A stretch of DNA of 64,000 bases from Squalus acanthias (taxonomy: Eukaryota), in assembly GCA_030390025.1 (NCBI GenBank), contig CM059437.1, positions 87,980,001-88,044,000 on the forward strand, in the 5' to 3' direction. A program made the translations under genes and the position numbers. Shown here one piece after another: positions 1 through 10,652 of this stretch. The notes beneath the pieces are model-generated. The model was not told the origin of the DNA. It did not search any database and was given only the letters and a program-made list of their open reading frames with translations. The stretch's first letter is position 1, and each line of letters starts with the position of its first letter.

Positions 1-740
1 CGGCCTCCCGCCCTCCACCCTCCATAAACTTTCAGCTCATCCAAAACACTGCTGCCCCGTATCATGTCCTGTACTAAGTCCTGCTCACCCATCATCCCTG
101 TCCTTGCTGATTTACATTGGCTCCCGGGCTCGCAATGCTCTCGTCATTATGTTTAACTCCCTGCGTGGCTTCATCCCTCCCTATGTCTGTAACCTCCTCC
201 AGCCCGATAACCTCCCCTCCCAGAACTCTTTGTTGCTCCGACTTTCCATTGCCTGAAAGGGTGGCAGAAGCTGATTCAATAATAACTTTCAACAGGGAAT
301 TGGATAAATACTTGAAGGGGAAAATTTACAGGCCTATGGGGTAAGGGGGGGTGGGGGTGGGGGTGGGGGGGGGGGGGGGGACTAATTGGACAGCTCATTC
401 CAAGAGCCAGCAGAGGCACGAGGGACTGAATGGCCTCCTTCTGTGCTGTATCATTCTATGATTCTATGATTTGGCCTTTTGTGCAGCCCTTCCTCTATTG
501 GAAGCCGCGTTTTAAACCACCTAAGCCCCACGCTCCGAAATCTCCTTGCTAAACCCCTCCGCCTTTCCATCTCCCCCTTTAAAATCCTCCTTAAAGCCCA
601 ACTCTTTGACAAAGCTTTTACTCACATCTCCTAATTTCTCTTTTCTTTGCCCAGGCGGCCATTTTGCTCTAATTACGCCTCAGTGAAGCGCCTTGGGACT
701 TCATTAAACGCACAATATAGATGCAAGCTGTCGCTGTTAT
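1..740 (+). mobile_element. L2-like LINE 3' fragment interrupted by a CR1 tail (about 243-470)
   Basis: HITPVL..LHWL-type remnant and the tail gtgaagcgccttgggac...atgcaagctgtcgctgtt. The inserted CR1 tail ends in ttctatgattctatg. Confidence 0.7.
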
Positions 741-2304
741 TAAGCAGTGATTGCCGGTGGTAGCAACAGGGGAATTGGTTGGAACTGTGTTTCAGAACAT
801 GACGTAACTGGACTGGAATTCTGGACCACAAAAACAAGATTAAATGAGAAGGGGCAGACTGAGCACAGTGTATCATAAGGTGCGATTAATCACAGAAAGC
901 TTATGATTGAACTGAGGGGGGTGGGTACACCCAGCACTGGTACTTCGGGTGATACTTGACTCGGTACCAAAACCTTTGGAATCAGTGAGCTGGCCATTGT
1001 GAGAGCATTGAATTAATGTCGGTACAGATACAGTCATTAACCCAGTGTACTTCAGTAATATTGTTTCAATCATCATCTGTCTCAGTTCAGTTTGGCTGCA
1101 ATGCCCGAACGCCAGTAGATAAATTCATTAGTCGCGGGGAGGGCAGTCTATGAATGTGCTGACTTGTTCATTTTAGTTCAGCTCCCTTGCACTGGCAGGC
1201 TTGGCAGCCCCTGAATCCGCTACTGCCTGGGAAAGGTTACAGAGGAGAGCAGCCAAGATGATTCTTGGTATCGGTGATATAAGGACAGGTTGAGGAAATT
1301 GGGTTTATTTCCTTTGGAAGGGAGGAGGCGTCAGGATTAGGAAGGGAATTGAGGAGCTGACTACGGTGAAGGGATCAAATACCAGGGGACACAATTTCTA
1401 AAAAGAAAATAGAAAATCAGCACAGGCACAAGGGGCCAAATGGCCTCCCTCTGTGCTGTATCATTCAATGATTCTGTATTATTCTATGAAGAGAAAGAAG
1501 TCAGAAGTTACTTTATTACGCAAAGGATAATAGATTTATGGAATAAGTTATCTGGGTACGCTACTGATATGGACAGTATAAATGGATTCATATTTCTTAC
1601 TGGAGAGAAAGGGGAGTGAAGGATATTGTCAGTAGCTGGAGTCGCTCTCTGAAAAATGGACATGCTTGTTGCAAATTGCCCTTTTCTCCTCCTAAAAATG
1701 CTTCTATTCAATGTCAGTAGCACTCGCCACTTAAAAATAATTAAAGTGCTTTATCACTCCCTGACCTTTCCTGATGATGAAGTCTGCCACTTGGGTAAAT
1801 AATCATTATGCGTCTATATATAATTAATCTTGATTTTTGTCACTTGTGTTACTGTGTCACTGGGTCTAATTCTTTTTAACGAGTTTCTTAATGTAAGTGA
1901 ATAGCAAATAGTCTAATGTTATTAAAAGTCGATGCTATTAAAAGATATGACTGAGCTTATTTAGTTGTGAGTGTTATTACCCCAAGCACTTCTGTGACTT
2001 CCCAGTGTTTGGCTGGTTACAAATCAAGAAGGAATCCTTCCACCTGACATCCTCAATCACTGTGCAGCAGTGATATTTAGGAACAGGCTTTTACCAGTGC
2101 AGGCCTCATGTAGTAACTGTTGCTAAGGAGACATGTTTGGTTCAGGAACTGGAGCATAGGGAATTCTGGGAAATAGTGTCTCTGGGAATTGATCATATAC
2201 AGTGACTGAATAAGTCAAATTCAATTCATATAACAAGGCATTCCAGGACTTTCATCAGATTTTGGAGCTATTCTTCTGTGAAAGCCACAAATCAGCTGCC
2301 ACGG

Positions 2305-2471
2305 TCACTATATGTGACTCCAGACCCACAGCAATGTGGTTGACTCTTAACTGCCCCTCTGCGGTTCAAGAAGGTGGCTCACCACCACCTTCTCAAGGGC
2401 AATTAGGGATGGGCAATAAATGCCGGCCTTGCCAGCGACGCCCACATCCCATGAACGCATATAAAAAAAAA
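2305..2471 (+). mobile_element. 3' half of a Meta/SlmI-like SINE
   Basis: tgtgactccagacccacagcaatgtggttgactcttaactgccc...gggcaattagggatgggcaataaatg...polyA. Same family as 62025-62440. Confidence 0.7.
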
Positions 2472-3003
2472 ATCAGTATTTGTGCAACTGCTTTTTGGTC
2501 CTTGAGTTTTAAAAATATAGGCCTGGGAGTTCCGCCCCTTCGTGTTTTACGGTGGGCCGGGAGCGTGCGGGAGCACAAAGGTGCTCAGGGACATTCTCCA
2601 CTGCATCTTCGCCTCTGTGTATCTCCACACCAGCCAACCCCACCCCCCCCCTCCACCACTCACTTTCCTCATGTCCTGGGAGACACTTCGTACTGGCGCA
2701 GAATGCACCAGCCCATTTAAGTAGGTGGGTCTGTAGAAAAGGCACGTAAATATTCTCACCAATTGCTGATTATGAAGCTGTGTGCAAGGGCCCCCTGCTT
2801 GGTCCTGGATCTGGTGTTTAATGGTTGGCAGAAAAGGAGGTAGAATCTCCGTGCCAGTCAGGGCCTGTACGAATGCTCAGGAAGCGCCGGCTCGCGACTT
2901 CCTGAAAACGCACGGATTTTGTGAGATTGAATTTCAGACGGCTTTTGTTGTGGGCTCGGGCAGCTTCACTCTATTTAAAAAATAAATAGAAATAAATTAA
3001 TAG

Positions 3004-3471
3004 AGCTGTGGCTCAGTGGGTAGCACTCTCGCCTCTGAGTCAGAAGGTTGTGGGTTCACAGTCCCACTCCAGAGACTTGAGCACAAAAATCTAGGCTGAC
3101 ACTCCAGTGCAGTACTGAGGGAGTGCTGTACTGTCGGAGGTGCCGTCTTTCGGATGAGATGTTAAACCGAGGCCCCGTCTGCTCTCTCAGGTGGACGTAA
3201 AAGATACCATGACACTATTTCGAAGAAGAGCAGGGGAGTTCTTCCCGATGTCCTGGTCAATATTTATCCCTCAACCAACATCACTAAAAAAAACAGATTA
3301 TCTGGTCATTATCACGTTGCTGTTTGTGGGAGCTTGCTGTGCGCAAAATGGCTGCCGCATTTCCTACATTACAACAGTGACTCCACTTCAAAAAGTGCTT
3401 CATTGGCTGTAAAGCACTTTGGGACGTCCTGAGCTCGTGAAAGGCGCTATAGAAATGCAAGTCTTTCTTTA
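3004..3471 (+). mobile_element. Full-length DeuSINE (SacSINE1-like)
   Basis: tRNA-like head (gtggctcagtgggtagc...ggttcacagtccc), Deu-type core ggatgagatgttaaaccgaggcccc, and L2-type tail ggcgctatagaaatgcaagtctttc. Confidence 0.85.
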
Positions 3472-4394
3472 AAACAAATATAACCTAAAGAAAACTCGAA
3501 CATTAAAAGAATGTGGTCAACAATTCGGGCTCGTCTTTTTTGAAACAAGGTGTCTTTATTTTTAAAACAACATTTCACATCTGGGTTAGCCGCAATGAAC
3601 TAAAATACTCGCTAAAAAGAGGCCACTCAGCCAGGATTTTTGTTAATTTACTAAAAGAAATAAAGAGCACATCATTATTTAAAGATAACAGTTAAAGCCC
3701 TATGTCCACAGAGAGCTACTGTATCCTTATAACCAAAGGGTTAACTGTAAAATTGGGCTCTTTTCAACACTTGAATTTTTACTCTACTTTGATTTTTTAT
3801 ATAAAAATTGAAATTTCTGCTATTTCAAAAAAAAAATGAATGTTGAAACTCTTCCTAGTTTGCCAGTCACAAATGCAATGACTGAGGATTGCTATTTTCC
3901 TCAGTCCTCAGTATAAACACTCAAGAGATAGAAGTTTTTATTTGGTTTGCTATTTGCTATGATATGCAATATATTTCAGATTATAGTGGCCGTGTGTTAT
4001 TATAATGCAGGGTTCAAATCCAACATAATAAATAGCTCAAAACAGTTGTTACGAGAGCCAGCTAAAGCAAGTTTAAGCAGTGTCCTGGCAATCCTCAGCG
4101 AACCTGTTTAGTCTTTAGACTGTGTCAGAAGTGACCTGTTTCCATATAGAAAAAATGCACTGATTCAAATGCCGCCAGCTTCAATTAACTGTATGAAAGG
4201 AACTGAGGAGTTGACAGTGGGAAAAGAAAAGTGTAAGATTAACCTAATCTCTTCTTGCCTTTCCCTCCCTCTCCCCCCCCCCCCCCCGTCTCTGTTTTTA
4301 CCCTTTCACCAAATCCCGTCACTGTCCAGCCTGAAATAGTCAACGGATGCCCAAACCTGGAACCAAATGGGTATTCATAGCCCAGAGTTCTGAC

Positions 4395-4990
4395 CAGTCA
4401 GCTGTTGACTGCATTATCACACTTGTGTATGTCTGGTTGGGAGGGGGTCAGTCCTGATCACATTTCTCCTGCTCTATGTAGTCTGCCTGCCTAGTAGGAT
4501 CCATTAGTGGCTGTTTAAAAAGACGCTTCAAAAACTCCCACCAATATAACTTTACAGAGTCGGGAAAAGCAATTCTCTGGAAGGTACAGTAACGCTGCCG
4601 TTGGCTTGTGGTGTGAAAAGGGTATCTTCGAAATGGAAATGAGCACTTTTTTCTCCAGTTTGTATTTCTCTTTCCTCTCGCTCTGGTGTGTGTGGAGACT
4701 CCGGAGAGCTTGGGCCGAGGGGGTTATTTTTAGTCTGTGTGGAGGGGGGGGGGGGCAGCTGTTGCTGGAGTGTGCACGCTCTCCTATTGTGCTCTCGCTG
4801 GGGTTCTTGTACCTGCTCTTCTGCAGAACGCGGAAAGATTTCAACTCTCCTCAGATATAATATTGTGTGAGGGGCAATAGAACTGCCTGGGGTCGGGGTG
4901 GGGGGAAACTGGGATCTGAGGACCAAAATCCTATTGATTTAATGTGCTGGAGAGCAGGGGAAGGCCTGGCCTCCAGTCACATTCCTACCT
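4395..4990. promoter_or_regulatory. Candidate muscle cis-regulatory module (MEF2 + E-boxes + MCAT)
   Basis: TTATTTTTAG (MEF2) at 4724-4733, CAGCTG at 4399-4404 and 4756-4761, and CATTCCT at 4980-4986, all in apparently non-repetitive DNA upstream of a muscle gene. Motif evidence only. Confidence 0.45.
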
Positions 4991-5479
4991 GGATTGTGCG
5001 TTAACCATTTTGTCGCTGGGATGTTGGGTTTATCCTGAGTGAAGCAGAGGGCGGGGGGTGGGGGTGGGGGGGGGATAGGGAGTGAGGGGGTCCACCCGCA
5101 CTGTTTTTGAAGCCTTCAGCGGCTGTACGATGGATGGTCTGCGGAATGGCACTCCCACTTGTGGATCACTGACTGTGGACACATGGTTCAGAGGGCAAGG
5201 TGAATGAAGACAAGCCTTCAAAAAAAATCTTGTTTTATTTTGTCATTAAATTTGTGCTGTTGTACTGGAGTTAACTTTAGACGGCAGTTGTGTATATGGA
5301 GGAAGGGGACAGCTGTATAAAGAGGTGTAATGGATAAGTTTAAAATATGTAACTGAAATTTCTTCCTGACTGGCCTGATTGTATCTCTGCCGAGGTGTGA
5401 TGGAGGGCAGTCAGGAAGTCGTCTGACATTGTACGCTACACATTGTTCTCTGTCTATATATGCTTTGCTGATTTGTATT

Positions 5480-5572
5480 CCTTCACTTTACCTGACGAAG
5501 GAGCAGCGCTCCGAAAGCTCGTGATTTCAAATAAAACTGTTGAACTATAACCTGGTGTTGTGCGACTTCTCG
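5480..5572 (+). mobile_element. Penelope-like element terminal fragment with a minimal hammerhead ribozyme motif
   Basis: cCTGACGAaGGAGCagcGCTCCGAAAgctc followed by aataaa and ctataacctggtgttgtg, a typical Penelope-like terminus. Confidence 0.7.
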
Positions 5573-5666
5573 AAATTTAAGATGTGATTGATTCGTATTA
5601 ATACGCTTTGTATCCACTGTTTAGTCTAACCTAAGTCTCTAGAAGCTGGACTTAACATACACAGAT

Positions 5667-6030
5667 ATGTTCACAGAGGGACAAAGGGCATTGCGATGGG
5701 GCGTAATACACAGGCCCACAGCGAGGCCTGGTGCAGTGGATCAGGGCCTTGCATGCAGGCCCATGGAAAGGCACAGAGTGGTGGGTCATGGCATGACGGA
5801 CAGATCTACAGAGGGGCTTAGTGCAGTAGGTTGGTAGATAGTACAAAGGCCCACAGGGAGACCCAGTGTGGCCAGTCAGAGCCTTATAAATAGGCCCATG
5901 GAAAGGCTCAGTGTAATAGGCCAGAGCATTGTTTGTAGGCATGGGAAGAAACCTAGTGTAGTGGATCAAGAACTCAGGCCCACAGCAAGGACCAGTGCAT
6001 TGGGTCAGGTCCCTTCATGCAGGGACACAC
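5667..6030. repeat. Diverged 45-bp tandem repeat, about 8 units
   Basis: Unit starts (aggccca-like) fall at 5712, 5757, 5802, 5847, 5892, 5937, 5976 and 6021. Spacing is 45 nt except for one 39-nt unit. Confidence 0.8.
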
Positions 6031-6599
6031 GCACTGAGAGAAGATACAGAAGCCTCATCATCATTATTAACAAATATCTCACAACATCATCTAATCATAC
6101 TGAAAGATTGGATGAAAGGTTTGCTCAAATTTCTATTGAGACATAAATGGCCTGAGCAACAGAACGATGTCTCAATGTGAAGCAGGAATGGATTCATTCA
6201 GTAACCAGCTTGAGGAGGATAGTTTAGACATGGTATAGTTAGAAGAGCGCATTAGTTTGGGGGGTAAGTGATGTTAAGAGTATTTTCCCATTTCGGATTT
6301 TTCCAGGACTTGGTGTGGTGAGGCTTCTCAGTGAGGCTTTCTATGGCCTCCACTCGAGCACTAATATTAGCTCTTGGCATTGGCAGGTGATAAATTTCAG
6401 GCCGCAAGCTTATCTCAACCACAATGATACAGAAAGTTTTGTGTTTAAAGGAACATACTCAATGGGCCTTAGCGCTGATTCTTTTGAAATCATTTCCTAA
6501 TGATGTTCCTGTTATAAGGTCACCATATATTTATTGTGCCATGTAAAGTGATTTCTTTGTGGTCATCTTCACCAGCCAAATATTCCTGTACAATGACCT

Positions 6600-6830
6600 G
6601 AAAGAACTTGCATTTATATAGCAACTTACATGACCAGAAGACGTTCCAAAGCGCTTCACAGCCAATGAAGTACTTTTGAAGTGTAGTCACTGTTTTAATG
6701 TAGGGAAACACGGCAGCCAATTTGTGCACAGCAAGTTCCCACAAACAGCAATGAGATAAATGACCAGATAATCTGTTTTTAGTGATGTTGGTTGAGGGAT
6801 AAATATTGGCCAGGACACTGGGAAAGATCC
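6600..6830 (-). mobile_element. DeuSINE (SacSINE1-like) 3' fragment
   Basis: Reverse complement of the tail of 3004-3471. Confidence 0.8.
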
Positions 6831-7035
6831 CCAGCTCATAGGAATGCAGATGAGACTGTATAGTTATTTGAATGATGCTTTCAAGTAGTTGATCAAATAC
6901 TACGTGGGGTGTTGCTTCAAAATGCAATGGGTAGCAGTGGGCCCTAAAACACTTTGAGAAAAGGTCCTCGTGATATGCAGACTGTTACAGGACAGGAATA
7001 CCGAGCGCAATGTGGGCAACACAATGTCGACTGTT

Positions 7036-7415
7036 AGAATCATAGAATAGTACAGCACAGAAGGAGACCATTCGGCCCATCGAGTCTGCGCCGGCTCTTT
7101 CGAAGAGCAATCCAGTTAGTCCCACTCACCCGCTCTATCCCCATAGCCTGCAATTTTTTCTCCTTCAAGTATTTATCCAATTCCTTTTTGAAGGCTACTA
7201 TTTACTCTGTATCCACCGCCCTATCAGGCAGCGCATTCCAAATCCCCAAAAGTTTTTCCTCATGTCGCCTCTGGTTCTTTTGCCAATCACCTTAAATCTG
7301 TGCCCTCCGGTTATCGACCCTTCAGCCACTGGAAACAGTTTCTCTCTATCTAAACCCTTCATGATTTTAAACATCTCTATCAAATCTCCTCTTAGCCTTC
7401 TCTGCTTTAAGGAGG
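7036..7415 (-). mobile_element. CR1/HER1 LINE 3' fragment
   Basis: Encodes the ORF2 C-terminus LIEMFKIMKGLDR...GHRFKV and carries the CR1 tail. Confidence 0.85.
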
Positions 7416-8267
7416 GTGAGGGAAATGGGATTGTGCATTGGGTTAGACTAGAACCTGGAACCTGGGTTGAAGTCTACCACATGCTGATGGATGAAGATCT
7501 CCTCTGTCTGCTGTTTGGAAGGGTCCTGTGCAATACAGGTTTGGGGAGTCTTAGTCCAGCTCCTAGTGGGCACGGACCCACAGGACAACAGCTGCTACTT
7601 CAGCACCAGTTGCACTAAATCGACAATTTCAGAAAGGTTGCAGGCTGGTTGGTGTGTGAGACTTGGAAAAAAACAATGTCACACTGGTGCAGTGGGAGGT
7701 GTTCTTTAGAAGTTGATGGTCAGATACAGTATTGGGCCATAGGGAGCTTTACTCTGCATCTAACCATAGCTATATCTGACCTGGAGGTGCTCAGTGTTGA
7801 CAAGACACTGCAAAAAAAAACGTCCCTCACCCCTAAGCACAAAAGTTCACAATCCCTCCCTCCCCCAAAATACAATAGTGAAGTAGGAACAGGCAGCTTT
7901 CAGCATCATGCAACATCAACTACGGACATGGTGCTTTTTGTGGGGACAGTGGATTCAAAGGTGAATGAACCGTAAACAATTTGACTTTACAAGTGTGAAA
8001 TAAACAATGCACAGAAGGATCTCCTAAGCCACTGGAGATTAAATATATTTCACTCAGTACGTTACTGACCTAACTGGGGCTGTAATGAACCATAGTCTAT
8101 GGGATCATAAGATCTCCAAGATAAATGCGAATGAAGAAGATTATTCGGCCCATCTTATCCATCTAGAGAAACCATCACAGCATCTAAGTGTCTCTAGGAT
8201 TTTTTGTCGCCATTGCCCATTCCAAATGTCAATTACTCATTGCCCATTCCAAATGTCAATTACTGTG

Positions 8268-8495
8268 TGACGTAAGAAAACTACTAGGCACTTGGTCTAA
8301 GCGTTAAACAAAGCTTTAATCAACTGTTTTTCAACATGGAGGTCTAGTTGTGTCCTTTACTAGTTCCTGTTAAGAATGTCCTGCGCAAGCTGGGCCCGTG
8401 CCCGAGTATTTATACTCTCCCTGGACAGCGCCACCTGCAGGCCACTCAGTATTATTTCATAAGTCTTTCTTTCATGAATGACAAGATTCATGTCA
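8268..8495 (-). mobile_element. 228-bp solo LTR
   Basis: TGACGT...ATGTCA termini, 5-bp TSD CTGTG (8263-8267 and 8496-8500), TATAAATA and ATTAAA on the minus strand. A second copy lies at 60279-60507. Confidence 0.85.
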
Positions 8496-8714
8496 CTGTG
8501 TGTGAGGAAGAACCTCCTGACAACAGTCCTTATCAGCAGTTTGAACTGTGCCCCCTTCACTACCTTTGAACTTACCTTGAAATAGTGCTCCAGATTTGTT
8601 TTTTTTTAACTTGTTCCTGGGATGTGGGCCACACTGACAAGGCAGTATTTACTGACCATTCCTAGCTGCCCTGAGGGCATTAAGAGTCAACTACATCGTG
8701 TAGGACTGGAGTAA

Positions 8715-9025
8715 GCTGTACAGAGGGAGTGCTGCGCAGTTGGAGGTGCCGTTTTACGGATGAGACATTAAACCGAGGCCCCGTTTGCCCTCTCAGGTGA
8801 ACGTAATAGATCCCATCCCACTATTTTGAAGAAGAGCGAGGTTGTTCTCCCCTGGTGTCCTGGACAATGTTTATCCCTCAACCAACATCACTAAAAACAG
8901 ATTATCTGGTCATTGCTGTTTGTGGGACCTTGCTGTGCACAAATTGGCCGCTGTGTTTCCTTCATTTCAACAGTGACTACACTTCAAGCGTACTTCATTG
9001 GCTGTAAAGCGCTTTGGGATGTCTC
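8715..9025 (+). mobile_element. DeuSINE (SacSINE1-like), 5'-truncated
   Basis: Core and tail as in 3004-3471. Confidence 0.8.
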
Positions 9026-9460
9026 CCATGAGACGGGCTGCTGTTGAACTCATTTTAGATAGGGAGCTTTCCGCTGGCAGAGAGAGAAGACTTGGATCCC
9101 GTCGGTCTGGATTAGTAGAAGTATCGTGTAATTCTTAACCCACCATCGTATAAGAAAATTTATTGAAATTCAAAGGCCGTACCTCATGGCTTGTTAAAGA
9201 GCCAACATCATCAGTTATGCACGGCTATGACTGAATGCTCCAGTTCTGTTCCTGATTAGACCAGATTCTAAAGTAAAACTTCTGACTAAGGAGTAAAGCA
9301 ACTGCTTGGCACACAATGCAATCTGTTTACTTTTGCTTTCCAGAAAAGCTTTGAGGGTGGATTTCCCTTTGATGCTTAAATTTAGCAAAAAAGGAAAGTG
9401 TGAGCACAACAGGAAATTTCCCCTCTCCTTCCTCCTCCACTCTCCCTCCAGTAAAAGTAC

Positions 9461-10225
9461 TGTAAGATCTTAATGATCTCTGAGTTCTTGGACAAGACAC
9501 TAATAGGCAGCAGCCAGTATGTTTGAGCAATAGATCAAGATTTATTAAACTTACAGCGTAATATACTTAACAACAGGCGATAGTTTAATGAGTAGCTTGC
9601 AGCCCTTTGGTCTCTGGAGCCTCTCGGACACAGGTGACGTTGTCTTCAGTCTGTTCCTTCGCTCTTGGATCTTCGCGGTAGATCTGTGTGAAGTTGTTCT
9701 TTGAGTATCGAGGTTTTAAACCTTTTCTTATCAAAAGTTCGTTTGGCCAGTGTCCATATATGGTCTTTAACAAAATCACCTTTTATTATTGGTTCTAATG
9801 GTCAAAATACCATTGTCACTCAGACTAAGGGTAGCATCTTGGCCCCGCCTGGCTCAGTATTTTTCTGACAACTCTACCCTGTTCATCGTTATCTTGTTTA
9901 TACGTTCTTCACCTCATTGGAATTTACCTTATCTCTCTTATTTCTAGCTTCCCTGGTACAAGCAGTGTTAAGTGAACTCTAATTAAGCTTAGCATTATAA
10001 TATGTTATTTAACAATTTAACCTTCACTCGCAGCCTGTAGCTGTTTGTTATCAGAGCTTAGTCAAACTGCTTCGGACTGTCCTTGCAGCTACATTCGAAC
10101 AAGCCTTAATGTTTCCATTACCACAGGGAATTATGGGTAAGATTAGTTGGTCAATGGCTGCCCTTAAATTTAAACATATATGATTCTCATCTACTAAGGA
10201 CCTCTAAATACCAGTCTTTCGTACA
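9461..10225 (-). mobile_element. 765-bp solo LTR (ERV1- or Gypsy-type)
   Basis: TGTAAG...CGTACA termini, 4-bp TSD GTAC (9457-9460 and 10226-10229), and AATAAA on the minus strand at 9541-9546 near that strand's 3' end. Confidence 0.7.
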
Positions 10226-10282
10226 GTACCAACATGAGGAAGTTCACCAGCAGCTATCCCATACATTGCATAAGTGCGTAAG

Positions 10283-10652
10283 TCATAGAATCATATAACC
10301 TTACAACGTAGAAGGAGGCCATTCGGCCCGTTGTGCATGTGAAAGAGCGATCCAATTAGTCCCACTCTCCCGCTCTTTTCTCATAACCCTGCAAACCTTT
10401 CCTTTCAAGCATTTATCCAATTCTCTTTTGAAAGATACTGTTGAATCTCCTTCCACCACCCTTTCAGGCAGTGCATTCCAGATCAGAACAACTCGCTGCG
10501 TAAACAAAATTTCTCCTCATCTGCCCTCTGGTTCTTTTGCCAATTATCTTAAATCTGTGTCCTCTGTTTACCAACCCTTCTGCTAGTGGAAACAGTTTCT
10601 CCCTACCTACTCTTACCAAAACCCTTCATAATTTTGAACACCTCTATTAAAT
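10283..10652 (-). mobile_element. CR1/HER1 LINE 3' fragment; resumes at about 15211-15280 after a nested LINE
   Basis: Encodes FTQRVV.IWNALPERVVE. The sequence acctctattaaatc continues as aatctccccttaatcttc at 15211. Confidence 0.8.

Noticed and set aside
8208..8263. 27-bp tandem duplication next to the solo LTR
   Set aside because: It is a simple local duplication separate from the LTR TSD, with no evidence of function.
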